Origin: Octopus bimaculoides
Lineage: Eukaryota
Length of the DNA stretch: 64,000 nt
Assembly (NCBI RefSeq): GCF_001194135.2
Contig: NC_068982.1
Location: 5,405,858-5,469,857, forward strand
Reading direction: 5' to 3'
In this document: piece by piece, positions 47,394-61,570 of the stretch
Position numbering within the stretch: the stretch's first letter is position 1
How the letters are laid out: each line of letters starts with the position of its first letter
The notes under the pieces: model-generated
The model's input: only the letters and a program-made list of their open reading frames with translations
Told to the model about the DNA's origin: nothing
Databases searched by the model: none
Position numbers and translations under genes: made by a program

Positions 47394-47740
47394 TGAGATG
47401 AGGAATTCTGTACATTATTTACAATTGACAGAGAGGTGTCCTCATTTTCTTTGTTGTAACCACAATGTTCCTCTGTGGTACTCTCCAGCCTTCATCAGGT
47501 GGAGCATGGGCTACTAACCCTCAGATTCTAAGTTCAATTCTGAGCTGGGACTTGAAAAATAATAACAGAAAAATAACATCAGCAACATACCTAAGGAATG
47601 AGAACAGTGTACCCTGTTAGTCAAATAAAGGGTTGGGATCGAAATTCCACCAGAACACCTGATGAAGGGTAGAGAATACATCAGCCGAAACGTGATAACA
47701 ATTGAGGTGAGGACACCTCTCCGTCCGTTGTAAATAATGT
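47394..47740 (+). mobile_element. Diverged family H1 SINE copy
   Basis: Inverted tail with CCAGCCTTCATCAGGT, truncated head GGGCTACTAACCC, core CTGATGA 47659-47665 ... CAGCCGAAA 47682-47690. Confidence 0.7.
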
Positions 47741-48126
47741 ATAATGCTTGTCAGTTTGAAAAACCTGACATAAAACAATGATGATGGTATACATGTGTTT
47801 GTGAGTGAATACATGTACATGCAGGAGTAAGCTTCATTACCAGCCACATGGTTCCGGGTTCAGTTACACTGCATAGCACCTAGGACAAGTGTCTTCTACT
47901 ATAGCCTTGGGCCGACCAAAGCCTTGTGAATGGATTTGGTAGATGGAAACTGAAAGAAGCCCATCATATATATGTATGTGTATGTATATATATATATATN
48001 NNNNNNNNNNNNNNNNNNNNNNNNNNNNNNNNNNNNNNNNNNNNNNNNNNNNNNNNNNNNNNNNNNNNNNNNNNNNNNNNNNNNNNNNNNNNNNNNNNNN
48101 NNNNNNNNNNNNNNNNNNNNNNNNNN

Positions 48127-48162
<36 letters not shown>

Positions 48163-48927
48163 TGTGTGTCTATGTTTGTCACCCCCTACCATTGCTTGAC
48201 AACCGATGTTGGAGTGTTTACAGCCCCGTAACTTAGCGGTTCGGCAAAACAGACCGATTAGAATAAGTACTAGGCTTACAAAGAATAAGTCCCGGGGTCG
48301 ATTTGTTCGACTAAAGGTGGTGCTCCAGCATGGGGGCAGTCAAATGATTGAAACGAACAAAAGAACATGTGTGTTTATGTATCCGCATACTCGAATGGGT
48401 CATCTCCACCAATTTGGCCTCATCAAATCTACATCCTTGTACCCCTCCTGCCCCTTTGCCCTCCTCTTTCACTTACTGCTCATCCTCCGATTCACTGTAT
48501 TATGTTACCAATGTCAGTAAAATTGGTAGTGCCTGGCACTCCTTGTCATCATCCACCCTCCACTCTTTGTCATCGCTCCCTCTTGCCAGAGCAGCCACTT
48601 ACATTTACCAATGTCTACCTTTATTACTATCCATTGTTCTCCAGCACCCCTGATTCAACCATCGGCCTCTTGCTAACTTCACTCACCCTCTGAGTCACTT
48701 GCTTAGAGTAAACCAACACATCACATAGTGAGGACTCTTTAGTTATATGAAATACAAGGCAACCTCACTAGTGTTAGGGCTCAGAATACTTTGTAAAGTG
48801 GGAGGCACACGAGCAGAGAAAATATAGGACCATGATGATTATTGTTGAGAACAGGACGACCTCGCTAATGCCTTGATAAAAACCATATCAATTCCTTCAG
48901 CTACCATTCTAAAACCAGTGACATCTT

Positions 48928-48978
<51 letters not shown>

Positions 48979-49777
48979 GTGTGTAAATATCAATCCTTGT
49001 CTAGGCTGTCATCAATGTTTGTTTTAGAAATGAGATAGAAATTGTTGACGTCAAACAATTTACAGATTAGCGGGAACACACGATAATTTTTTTCCGTCCC
49101 GTGATGTATATTGTTTCCAGAAATAAACCACTCAAACTAGATAGATTAATTAAATAATGAATTGATTATTTAAAAATGCTACTGCGATTGAGGTCACGGG
49201 TAAAATATCCAAGAAGGTTTATCATGAAAGCAAAAGTGTCCCCTAATTCTTTTCTTTTTAATTCGATTTAATATTCCAGGAAAACTAAACTGAATTAANN
49301 NNNNNNNNNNNNNNNNNNNNNNNNNNNNNNNNNNNNNNNNNNNNNNNNNNNNNNNNNNNNNNNNNNNNNNNNNNNNNNNNNNNNNNNNNNNNNNNNNNNN
49401 NNNNNNNNNNNNNNNNNNNNNNNNNNNNNNNNNNNNNNNNNNNNNNTGAAACGAAAGCAAAATGAGAAACCTGCTGCAAAATGAAAATTAAAAATTGTTA
49501 TATTTTAAGTCTTAAAATTTTATAACAGTTTTAATACGATATAAACATCGAAAACAACTTTGACGAGGTTTTAAGTTACATTTAGATTTGAGCTTGTGGT
49601 AAACTTATATAGAACTTGGAAAGTTTTACTGAAACATGCACTTAATGGGAAACATTTATTTTGAGAGGGGACCGCAAAAGTAACCAGTATGCGAATGACA
49701 TCGCCAGTTGGCAGACGGAACTAGAAAGGAGTGTCAGCACAATCCCTGGGTTCTAGAGCAAAGGAGAAAATATAAGC

Positions 49778-49810
<33 letters not shown>

Positions 49811-49993
49811 CATACAAAAATACAATAAACAGAATCTGTTGAATTTAATGGCAGTCATGACACCGAGTAAACAACTAAAAATAAACAACGGAGAAAAAAA
49901 TTTCTACTGATGTTGATTTAATCAAGATACACTTGATTAGGCAGATCATAGATCAAAATAATTCCAGCCGCACCTGTGACCATTCAACTAGAC

Positions 49994-50269
49994 CCGTGGT
50001 GCCCAAACTTTTAGGGGGTGCCGTCCCCCTGACACCCAGGCTACATTCCTAGCGCCTTCACCCCAAGTAACCATCACAAACGTAGACCTCTTTCTGAAGC
50101 AAATTCAACAACCTAATAAACCCATTATTTTGTTGTTTTTACATGAATCATTAGCCTAACATTGCCCCTCGTTTTACATGAATTGCTATCCCATTATCGC
50201 CCTCTTGGAACTTTCCAATGCCCCCCAAGGGCGGGGTGTGTGCAATACCGCCCACTTTGAGAACCACTG
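49994..50269. mobile_element. hAT/Charlie-type MITE
   Basis: CCGTGGTGCCCAAA ... TTTGAGAACCACTG termini; 8-bp TSD AACTAGAC/AACTTGAC. Confidence 0.75.
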
Positions 50270-51600
50270 AACTTGACTATTTAACGAGGTTTTACTTATT
50301 TAATTTACAAGACGGTACAACGTGATTTTGGAACAGAACAGGCGACGTCGTTTTGTTTCCTGAATAATTATTAACAATTGTGAAAATAATGTTAAAAGCC
50401 ATTAATTATTGTTTCAAAGAGAACTTCTGAAAATGTCTTCGATAAGAAATCCTCAAAGGAATTAATTGAAACTTGAAATTGCTATGCAGTTTCATGCAAA
50501 ACTAATTTCTTCGAGCTAACGAAAGGGCTTCTAAGAACATGTTAGAGGTAGTAGCCGAATCTCCCGCAAATTACATCCTGTTATCTCGAAAAAACAAAAC
50601 AAAACGGGAACTCATTGTATAATGCTATATACGCAATGCTCGAGAAGCCGACGAGGTGGTCATGATTCGAATACCTACGATCATAGGTTTAAACAACTCC
50701 TTTCTCTGAGCTGGTATGCATTTATGAACATACCGTCAAATTTCATAATTTTCATATAATAATGAGCTCACTGTAGACGATGCTCAACTATAAAGAAGAC
50801 TACCATTTATTTAACATTGCTGTCCCTGATCAAGCAGAAATATGATGAAAGGCATTTCAGCAGTGACCATCCAGATATATTTAAAACTACACTTTCGTAT
50901 ATTCCTTTACTATAGGCTTTGTTTGGCTGCTATTTCTAGCATACCACACGACCACGTTGTGTGAAGAGGAAAAGAAAACGTAAATATATTTTGGAGCACC
51001 TGTTTCCTTTGGAGCATACCATAGTCATGATCGGTATTTGACCACCGAAGATGCAAGGTGTGATCGTGGTTCCGAAGTTTGTGTAGCTTAGTTTTAAAGT
51101 TATTCAGCCCCATGTCAGTCCTTGTAGCGCAGGCTTGTGGTCTACGCATTCTAATCATTGTCAACCTGTCTTTTCTATAACCTCAGAATCATATTATCCA
51201 ACGTATTGTTATTTGATGTATAATTTGAATGGGACTTCCCTGGTATTTCTAGCTGCCACACACAGGATCTTTCATTAACTGACGTTTTAAGTTGATGTGA
51301 CCGTAAATGAATGCACCAAACAGTATGAATAGTTTAACTGTAACATCGTTTTTTTTTTTTGTTTCTTGAACTTTAGCAGCAAGGGTATTTTTCTTTCAAT
51401 CAACATAAACACAAAGAGATACAAACAAGAAAAGAAACAGGTCTATACAATCAATTATTTTAAACAAAGAATAAGTGAAAATAGTCGGATATGGGTGTAG
51501 CTGGTGGTTTATGTTGAACAAACTCAAAAAGTTTGGAAGCAAATTGAGTAATAAATCTGATTACATAAGACTGAACAGGTACGTGTATGTTTCCACTAAC

Positions 51601-51690
51601 CTCAGGGCCACGGTCACGTCTATCGTCGGTTGAATATCGGCGATGGTATGCTCCAAGTAAAGGGGCAGTTTCTGACCGTCTTCTATTCAT
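51601..51690 (-). CDS. CLCN7: CLC-7 chloride/proton exchanger, first coding exon (MNRRRSETAPLLGAYHRRYSTDDRRDRGPE)
   Basis: ATG at 51690, phase-0 donor GAG|GTTAGT at 51600. ETAPLL is a [DE]XXXL[LI] lysosomal sorting motif like the EAAPLL motif of human ClC-7. A polypyrimidine acceptor (...CAATTTTAG at 51700-51701) lies 9 nt upstream of the ATG. Confidence 0.8.
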
Positions 51691-51699
51691 TTCTTCTCG

Positions 51700-51835
51700 C
51701 TAAAATTGTTGAGAAACAAAGCAGAAAAAATAAATAAATGACAACTGTTAAAAGCGTAAAATAAAATTGGCAAAACAATCATATCCGTATAGAGAGGAGA
51801 ATTGATAGCGACATTATTTCGATTAACAAAATTAC
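51700..51835 (-). other. Probable 136-nt intron in the CLCN7 5' UTR
   Basis: Donor AAG|GTAATT at 51835 and acceptor TTTTAG at 51700-51701 with a long T-rich tract. Inference from splice signals only. Confidence 0.45.
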
Positions 51836-52164
51836 CTTTTCGTTTTGTTTTCTTCTAACTTTTTGCCTTTTTAGTTTTGATTAAATAAGATATAACAAAT
51901 CAATCGATTAGTGATTGCTTCGATGAGAATGCTGTTTTTCTTTTCTTGCATAGTTTTACTTCATGATATTTTCCACACCAGACACAATTTCATTAACATA
52001 GTAAAAAGTAAAAGATGTTTCTCTGTGTTGAAACTGCTGATGACAAAACAATATTTCAACCGGTGGATTTTTTTCTTTTTTTCCCTAAGAAATTCCCAAG
52101 AACAGAATGAAATGACAAAACACCAGAATTAATGACACTGTTTCGATAGAGGTAATTCTAGGGT

Positions 52165-52205
52165 GTCACATGACGAGCATATTCTAACTAAAATAGTCAC
52201 ATGAA
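52165..52205. promoter_or_regulatory. Paired CLEAR/M-box E-boxes (GTCACATGAC 52165-52174; GTCACATGAA 52196-52205) in the presumed CLCN7 promoter
   Basis: Two TCACATGA cores 31 bp apart, about 0.5 kb upstream of the ATG in a CpG-containing non-repeat stretch. Confidence 0.6.
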
Positions 52206-53419
52206 AATATTATCATCATCGTTCCTGAACCTTTACGAACGACTGAACGAATAGGTTTCGACTAAAATGTAATTCTGTTCCTGCTTGATTAAAGAACTGG
52301 TGGTAGTAGGGGCGAGGAATTACTTTAATCAGGAGTCGCTCAACAAATAATATAGAATCAACGAAACGAAATAACAATCCGATTTTTAGGAAAACATAGT
52401 GTAGCTTTGTGACAAAGCTTAGTAACGTGCATCTGTAATTAATTACTTTTTCGAACCGATACCAGGAAACAGTTTTGCTTTTACTCATTCACTCTGATGC
52501 GATAAAAGACAAATACAATCTCGACAGTTTGACTTCGGAAGGTAGAACCGAACTAAATGCTACTAAATATTTTAAAAAAGAAATCACTGTTGTTACAAAT
52601 ATTTATTCCAATGCTACCGTTTCTACATCGACCTAAGAACCAAATAAAAGCAAAGTTTTGTTGCTATTTTCAGATCATTCCGGAGAGAATATGTATTTAC
52701 GTCGATGCTTTGGTAATAACCGGATCTTTCAAAGTACAGTAAAAAAAAAAAAAAACCGTCAATTTTGAATAATTTGTTATTTATTTTATTTCACGCAAGT
52801 TTCAAATAGCTTCGAAATTATTTCTGACTATATAGCTTGTTGCCCGACTTGGTTTCAAAACCTTAACACTGTAATTAACTCCTAATTGGAGTGTTGATGA
52901 CAATACAAGGAAGACGTTTGCTCTACTCCACCTCATCCCCTCTTCTCCTCACACATTTTAGCTCTAATCAAAATTATCCCTCCATAAANNNNNNNNNNNN
53001 NNNNNNNNNNNNNNNNNNNNNNNNNNNNNNNNNNNNNNNNNNNNNNNNNNNNNNNNNNNNNNNNNNNNNNNNNNNNNNNNNNNNNNNNNNNNNNNNNNNN
53101 NNNNNNNNNNNNNNNNNNNNNNNNNNNNNNNNNNNNNNTTCACAACAATATCCGATGTCTCTTATACTATCCAGACTTTTTTTTCTTTTAAATGGGAGGC
53201 AAGTTGAAAATTCTCGTCGATCCCCACAGTGACCAGTAATAAAATTGCAGGAAAAAAAAGTTGCAGTAACAAAGTAACAATTTTGGCCAGGAAAAAAGTC
53301 ACAGTTAATTTATGAGATCCAGACATCCCCCCCCCCGCCTCCAGGACAAAAACCCCTGTGACTATTTCCTGTGAATTTATTACCGTAACTTTTTTTTTTT
53401 TACCTGAATTCGATCCCAC

Positions 53420-53760
53420 GGTGTGGCACCTCGGGCAAGTTTCTTCTATAGCCTCCAGACGGCCAAAGCCGTATGAATCGATTTGGTAGATGGGAACTGA
53501 AAGAAGCTCGTTGTGTGTGTGTGTGTGTATACACACATATGTTTGTGCGTGTCTGTGTCTGTTTGTTCCCACTCGCTGCTTGATGACTGGAGCTTGTGTG
53601 TTTACGTTCCCGTAACCTAGCGGTTCGGCTAAAGAGACCGATAGCATAATACCAGTCTCTAAAAAATACAAAAAGAACTGGGGTGGTTTAGTTCTACTAA
53701 AAAAAAAAAAATCAAAGGCGGTGCCCCAGCATGGCCGCAATCTAATGAGTGAAACAAGTC
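53420..53760 (+). mobile_element. Abundant SINE with internal (CA/TA)n tract (representative CpG-rich copy)
   Basis: GGCACCTCGGGCAAGT...CCAAAGCC...GAAACTGAAAGAAG-microsatellite-...CAGCATGGCCGCA. Copies throughout, e.g. about 1050, 2210, 4070, 6130, 9060, 12160, 17540, 26020, 28370, 30710, 33830, 38520, 47830, 54010-55100 and 62740. Confidence 0.85.
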
Positions 53761-54594
53761 AAATTAAATACATAAGCACACACACACACACATATATACA
53801 CACATATATATGCACACATATATACACATATATATGCACACATACATACACACACATATATGCACACACACGCATACATATATACTCATACACACACACA
53901 TATATACACACATACATATATACATACACACACACACATATATACACACATTTATACACACACTCATACGTACATACACATTAACATACGTATGTGTGTG
54001 TATACACATGCGAAGGCGCAGGCGTGCCTGTGATAAGTTTATTGCCCAGCCAGATGGTTCCGGGTTTTCTGCTTATAGCCTCAGGCTGACCAAAGCCTTT
54101 TGAGTGGGGTTGTTAGACAGACACTGAAAGACCATTGTGTGTGTGTGTGTCTGTGTCTCCCCCAACACCACCACCACCACTACTGCTTGACAACTGGTGT
54201 TGGTGTGTTTACATCCCCATAACTTAGTGGTTCGGCAAAAGAAACCGGTAGAATAAGTATCAGGCTTAAAAAATAAGTACATGGATCGATTCATTCAACT
54301 TAACATTGAAGGCAATGCCCCAGCATGGCCAGAGTAATGACTGAAACAAGTAAAAGATAAAATATATATGGGCGCAGGAGTGGCTCCTGCGATAAGAAGC
54401 TTGCTTACCAACCACATGATCCTGGGTTCAGTTCCATTGCGTGACACTTCGGGCAAGTGTCCTCTACTACAGCCTCGAGCCGACCAAAGCCTTGTGAGTG
54501 GATTTGGTAGACGGAAACTGAAAAAAGCCCACCCTATCTATCTATCTATCTATCTATCTATATATATATATATATATATATATACCGGAGTAAG

Positions 54595-54756
54595 CACATG
54601 AAATGTGCAACAAGGTGGAAAAAAGAGTACTCAAATACCAGAGGTAGAGTAATATGCTTTATTTAAATTCTAACAAAACTGTCCGATGAACGGGAACGTG
54701 AAACTCAGAGTAACGGGTTTTTTTGTTATATTTCTGCTGCTTTTAAATAAAGTAAA
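54595..54756 (+). mobile_element. Penelope-style short element with variant hammerhead motif (family H3)
   Basis: CTGT-CCGATGA-ACG(GGAA)CGT-GAAA-CTC(A)GAG-TA-ACGG at 54679-54716; inserted at a (TA)n run; short inverted GCTTTATTTAAA/TTTAAATAAAG. Confidence 0.6.
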
Positions 54757-54845
54757 GGTTCATGAACTCATCGATGAAACTTATTTTAATTTTTAATAAA
54801 TTGATTTTAATTGAGTTTTTACTTGTAATTTGGGATTTTTATCCC

Positions 54846-54897
<52 letters not shown>

Positions 54898-57800
54898 TTT
54901 GTATTTGTGTGTTTGTCCCCTATCATCGCTTGACAACCGATGTTAGTGTGTTTACGTTCCTGTAACATAGCGGTTCACTAAAAGAACCCAGTAGAATAAG
55001 TACTAGGCTTACAAATAAGTCCTGGGGTCGATTTGTTCGACTAAAGTCGGTGCTCCAGCATGGCCACAGTCAAATGACTGAAACAAGTAAAAGAATAAAG
55101 AAATATATGGTGGTGGGGTGGGTGGATGAAATAAGGTGTTTTTACTGCATTTTTGACGAAGAGGAAAAAATGTTTTACAAATGTTCACCACCTTACAAAA
55201 ACTATACCAAACGACCTTCTCTAAATGCATTGAAAACTACGACAGAACACCATTTTAGAAAATTATTACCGTTCTCCTTGAACAAGTTTACCTGGAACAA
55301 AATGAGTAGAAGGTAAATTTGCCGCTTCAATTCTCCAGAATTACATTTGAAGACAGACTTATACACATCAATATCTATCCTTTGACATCAGAAAGATCAG
55401 AAATGCAACACAAATTTTAAATATCTTGGTCAAATGAAAGAGCAGCATGAAAAAATGACACATGGTACGAAATTAACGAAACTCGACAAAGGTAAAAATT
55501 CAAAATATTCTATATAGCATCTTCATGACCTGCTGCAGTGTCTCTCTTCCTGATATATTTACGCACCAAACGGTTAAAGAGAAGAAATTGTTGAAATTAG
55601 TTATTACTCATTTTGTGCCATTTAAGACATTTTGTGAAAATTGTAAATTATCAAATTAGACATTGGTGTGGGGAAAAATTGAGAAAAACAAAGAAAAGAA
55701 TATTCTTTTCTGCTCAAGGTATAAGGCCCGGAATTTTGTGGAAGGGTGCCAATCGATTAGATCGACGCAACTGGTACTTAATTTATTGACCACGAAAGGA
55801 TGAAAAGGAAAGCCGACCTCGGCGGAATTTGAACTCAGAACATAAAGACAGACGAAATATCACTAAGCATTTCGCCTGGCGTGCTAACGTTTCTGCCAGC
55901 TTACCGCCTTTAATATTCTTTTCTACTCTAGGGACAAGGCCCGAAATTTTGGGGGAGGGTGCCAGTTGATTAGACCGACCTCAGTACGCAACTGGCACTT
56001 AATTTATCGACCAGGAAAGGTTGAAAAGCAAAGTCAACCTCGGCGGAATTTGAACTCAGAACGTAAAGACAGACGAAATACCGCTAAGCATTTCGCCCGG
56101 CGTGCTAACGTTTCTACCAGTTCGCCGCCTTCAGAGAAAAAGAATATTGATGGTTAAACACCAAAAATTATCCGGATAGTTTATTACCAACCTCAGTTAC
56201 AATTGGATCAAAGTTGAGCAAAAATTTCTTGGAGAAATAAAAGCACATGTCACCTGACTGTTTCGAAATTTGTCAATTCCAACAACAGCTATGCTCACCA
56301 ATTTTTACTCCCAAAGATGATGCACCGATATAAATTGGTGATGCAATACTTGCAGAGTAATGATTTCAAATAGGAGGGAGAAAAGAACAAGAAAACGGAA
56401 TTATTCGTTTTGCCCCAGTTGCCAATTTTGCCCTGCCTCAAATACAAATAGCTAAAACACAAACAACAAAAGTACAAGAGACGTTCTCTGTGAATATTAT
56501 TAGGTTGATCCAAAAGGAAAGAATAAATTATGACGTTTCGGACATAATACTTCTTAAGGTATGGCGCTGTGGAATATTTTTGTTGCAGTTATTATTTTTT
56601 GTGTTGTTTAATACACAAGTGTGTGGTTACAGAGTTTGGCTACCATTTCTAATTGACCGAACGAACTCAGATTCTGTTCGGGAAGTAGTAGTAGTAGTAG
56701 TAGCAGTACAGAAGAATGCGATGGAACAGCAAGTTGCTGCATCCACCATTTATTGGCGATTCCCTGCTCCTGGCGCATGACACCTTTCCACCATTCAAGC
56801 GACAACCCTCCAACCCATGGGTTTGTTTGGGTAGTTGTTGCTGGTGAGGGTTTTACGAGGGTGGAGTGCAAATCCTACCTGAACCTCTTTTAGTCGCCTT
56901 TTACGACACAGAGGAAACGTTAGGTTTATTCTTTGGTATGATGGTTCCCGCACAACACTAGAAATTATACACTTTTTTTAAGGCTTTTAAATAGGAGAAC
57001 AAAGTGACAACACAAAGAATAATTTTTATTGTACAAAACAAATCTTGTATGACAAAAGTTGGCCGCAGCATGGAGTGAATAAAAATATTCAACTGCAGCC
57101 ACCAAAGTAGTTAAACTTAGACAAAGTGAAAGTAGTTTGGTAAACATAAATGGCCTAATTTTTTTTAAGGGTTCACAATTCATTGATCACTCATCGAAGA
57201 AAACGTACCCAACTTCTTTTCTACATTAACAGCATACAATCATAGCTTTTATATAAAGCAGCCAATACATTAGAGGGTTGCCTAATTTGGATATCTGTGA
57301 TTAAATAATATTTGAAGCACAGCCATTGGAGTAAAAAGAACAAATGAATTATTACAAAGCCTAGCTGTGGCTGAAGTAAAATGAATGTAGACACCGTCTT
57401 TCTATGCTTTTGATGTACAGGAAAAGGAGCGGGGTATCTCCTAATGGACCGTTCAGAATCTGGTTATCGTTTCTTATTAGCCATTATTTTCTTTCCATAA
57501 AATGTCCACTTTCGTTGGCCATTTTATGGAAAAATAAAAACGATATAGAAAGGATATTCCAAGGAACTACAATTCTCAGTCGAAGTTTGTTGCGAGGAAA
57601 CTGCAGGAATGATGCGAAACCAAAAGTGCATTGGACAGAAACATTATTAAACTTGCTAGGTCAGCCAAAATAATTGGTTGCAACGGAATAATGCGCCTAA
57701 ACTAAGCAGTTGAAGAGTGTGGATAAATGAGTCTGTCGCTTGAGTGGTTTGTGTGTGTCGGATGATACGTGGTGATAACTGGTTGAGTTGAATGAAAATA

Positions 57801-60800
57801 GGTTTCATGGGCTGCATAAAGGAGTAATTGAATAACACCCACGAAAAGATTTTATTCTCGCACACATTAAGTCAAAACTATGTTAGTCTTTGACAACTAA
57901 CAACAGCAATAATGACATCCTGCGAGAGAAGAGAATGGAAAACCGCGCTGCATTAGAAGTTGTTACTTATAAGAGACATTGAAGGAATGTTTAGCTCAGT
58001 CTGTCCAAGAACCTGGAGACGTCTACGCAAACATCTGGAACTGTTTGATGTGGGAAAGATGGATCTAACATATCGCTCAACATTCTGCCTGGCATGGGGT
58101 GAGACATGTGAAGGAGTTGGCCACTCTCAATGCTCTGCAAAATGTGTAGACGCCAAAAGCGGCTCTTCCATCGAGCACAAAAAGAAGGTTCTGGAAGAGT
58201 GAATCCCACAATGGTTTAATGCTGGTTGGTTGCTTAATAGACTGGTCACGCGAAACTACTGGGATAGATTTTGATGTATGACCACCTTTATTGAAAACTT
58301 CGTTTAAAAATGCCACCCCCTTTTTTCCTGAAAGTTATGAAGAAGCAAAGGTGACTTCTATGCGAATTTTCCGAAACTCCTCTCCCCACCCACAGCAAAA
58401 CTTTTCCTCAATAAATTCTGATATAACGGTAATCTACACCGTCTGAATGGTATTTGTTGAGAATTTCATTAAACAAATCCATTTTTCTGGAATTATGAAG
58501 TAAACAAAGTCGGTGGGACGGGGTGGGACGGGGTGGGCTGTGGTGGTGGGGGTGGGGGCTTACGTATGCCCAGTGTATTGTTGATACTAGTTTTATCAAC
58601 TCTGAAGAAACGAAAATTACTTTAAAGTGGAATTTGGACTCAGTAGAATAAGCGATTACTAATCACTCGATCATAACCCATCTACGGCAACAAATTAGAG
58701 AAACACAAAGATTTTCAAAAATGTAGTGGATCGGATTGCTCTCGTAGGTAGTTTTAAATATTATGTAGCACAAATTATATATATAAAAATTATATATGAA
58801 AAGAAAAAAAATGATTAAAAAAAAAAATTTAAGCCGACACTCGGACCCAGTCCGACAACTATTGTAACAAAATTAAGCAGCTGACAGAGCTGATCTCTGC
58901 TCAGATGATGTAGAATTGATTGATACAGAATGTATTAGCAGCATTTTATAATTAGTAAAAGAAATTACTATTATTGTAGCTTACAAGAAATAATAATGGT
59001 AATAATATTTATTATAAATCAACTCTGTTCTTTCCGTAAAGAAGTTAGTTCATAAACAGTATAGAGAAATGACTCATAAATGCAGTTCCGCACAAACCCC
59101 GTGAGTTAATATTCGTTTCGGCAAAGCCATGTCAAGATTTCACTCTCCCCTATTGAATCTTGAGAATTACTTCCTCTTAGTTTCGGGAAACGATTGTAAA
59201 ATGATTTATATTTCTAATGAACATCGATAATACAGAAGATTTTGATGTTGCTAATCAGACAATGATATTAATTCTCTTCTCCACCACGTATTGTTTAAGT
59301 CGGCTTAGAACTAGCTTTAGAATGTACTGTCGTCAATTTATATTTGAATTGAAAGGATGAAAGTGTTTTAAAGATCGGAAATATCCAACTGTAAAGGCGG
59401 AAATATTTCATTTTTTCTTCTTTTTCGTTATTATTGTTAAGTTGGCGAGCTGGCAGAATCGTTAGCACTCCAGGCAAAATGTCTAGCAGCATTTTGTCCG
59501 TCTTTACGTTCCGAGTTCAAATGCTGCTGAGGTCGACTTTACATTCATCCTTTTTCATCGATAAAAGAAGTACCAGTTGAGTACCGATGACAATGAAATC
59601 GACTTTGTCCCCACTTACGACATTTCAGGCCTTGTGCCAATAGCAGAATGGATTATTGAGCTGGCAGAATCGTTGGCACGCCGGACGAAATGCTTAGAGA
59701 TATTTCGATCCTCGCTACGTTCTTACTTCAAATTCCGCCGAGGTCAACTTTGCTTTTCATCCTTTCGGAGTCGATAAATTAAGTACCAGTTACGCACTGG
59801 GTCGATGTAATCTAGTAGTCCCCTCCCCCAAATTTCAGGCCTTGTGTCTTTAGTAGAAAGGATTATTATTATTATTATTATTATGTTTGTTACAGAGGAT
59901 ATTTTGTTATCGTTCAAGATGGCAGGCTGTAATCAGAAGTTTTATATACATGGGCGATGTTGGTGTGTGTTTACACATTCGCATTGTCGTTTTCATCTAA
60001 TTCGGAACCTCTCTATTTTAGCTTTCAGTTTATCTGAGACCCTTAATTCTCCGTTATCTTTGTCTGTCATTAGCTAGGCCTGTAAGGCCTGTAACTGCGT
60101 ACATTTGTGAGTTTTCCTTGTTTCTAAATAATTCTGACTAATGACCTGGTTACCAGCAGGTAGATTATCTTGTATGACTTCTGAGCTTTTATACAGCGGA
60201 CAATATATTGACTAATACAGCATTCATTGTTTTTATGGTTTGTGAAAAGATTTCCGTTTTCTCCTTTTGGTTGAACACACCTCTTAAAGACAAACGAAAA
60301 CCTCTCACTTGAATAACATACCTGTAGTTTGTCATTGGCTCTCTATAGATATTCATCTTTTCTCCAATTTAGATATGTAGCTAACCTCTACAGTTGTGCT
60401 TAATCTTTTATCCTTCCCCTTAAAAATAATATCTTTGCAGTGGGTTGCTGTTTTATTGGAATGTTCCACAAATATTTCCTCATTTTTAAATGTATGGATA
60501 CATTTTGGTGTTTGATATAACCATCAGGAGAATTCTTTATGTGAATAATTTTAGCAACAATCTTATATCTCATGAGAAGATTGTACTTTGCAGATGTTTT
60601 TTGGACTGCTGCTGCTGTGGATGTTATCTTCCACTGTGGCACAACCGACATTCATTACAGATAAATAAACAAACAACCAAATAAATAAGCGTGCCATTAA
60701 AGTGAACCGTACTGGAAGATTCAAAGAGCAGAGATTCTGCTTTGAAAATTTTGTGAAAATTGGTTGAAAAAGTGAACAAAGGGAGAGAACAGCGTTTGCG

Positions 60801-61269
60801 TTTAGATTTTCTCCTCAAGAATTACCAACCAAATGCAGTGAATTTCAAATTGTTTCTACATCTTACTTTTCTCGGTAAGATACACGCCAAGTCTCAATCA
60901 ATAACGCTGGTACAGTTACGAATATAAAACTGGAGTGAAACGAGTTAAATTTATACGACCCGAACCAACGAAGAGAAAACTGAACATTAAATCTATTATG
61001 TCCGTAATATTTGTTTAATGGGGGGAAACACGGCTGGCTTACTGAGTTTCCGATCAGTTTCATTACTTGATTCTAACAAAGTTCTTTATGGAGAAGAGAA
61101 TATGATTTCATTGTTTCCCAACTTTTCTCTTCATTTCGTATCAATACTAATGTTCTCAATCATTTGTTCGAGTTCGCCATCAGATTTTGGAATTTACATA
61201 ATTTTTCGTCTCTACAGCAAATTTGTATCTACACACACCAGAACAGAGATTCCACAAACTTTTGCAATA

Positions 61270-61537
61270 ATAATAATAATAATAATAATAATAACCTTAT
61301 TTAGGGACCTTTTGAGTGGGATGGGCTACTCGACCTGAAGAAAATTCTAATTGGGCCCCACCTGCGAGGTCATGCGCTGTTTATCTTGATATGAGATCAC
61401 CATGTGGCGCACATACGGTTGTGATGCATGTGCCTGGTGTACCCTTATCATCTGTGTAGTCATGATGGGTATAATGGGCTTCGAATATTTGTACGCCAGT
61501 GTCACTTTAATGGCATGCTCTGCTCTCTCACTCAATA

Positions 61538-61570
<33 letters not shown>

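Larger units (their letters stand above)
5767..53138. other. Assembly gaps: 5767-6118, 11211-11253, 16069-16243, 24839-25629, 26355-26713, 42730-42885, 43789-43798, 48000-48126, 49299-49446, 52989-53138
   Basis: Runs of N, most abutting (TA)n microsatellites. Confidence 1.

Noticed and set aside
52216-52488. 90-aa ORF in the promoter region, as a possible upstream gene
   Set aside because: No recognisable motif, starts at a chance ATG, no supporting splice structure.
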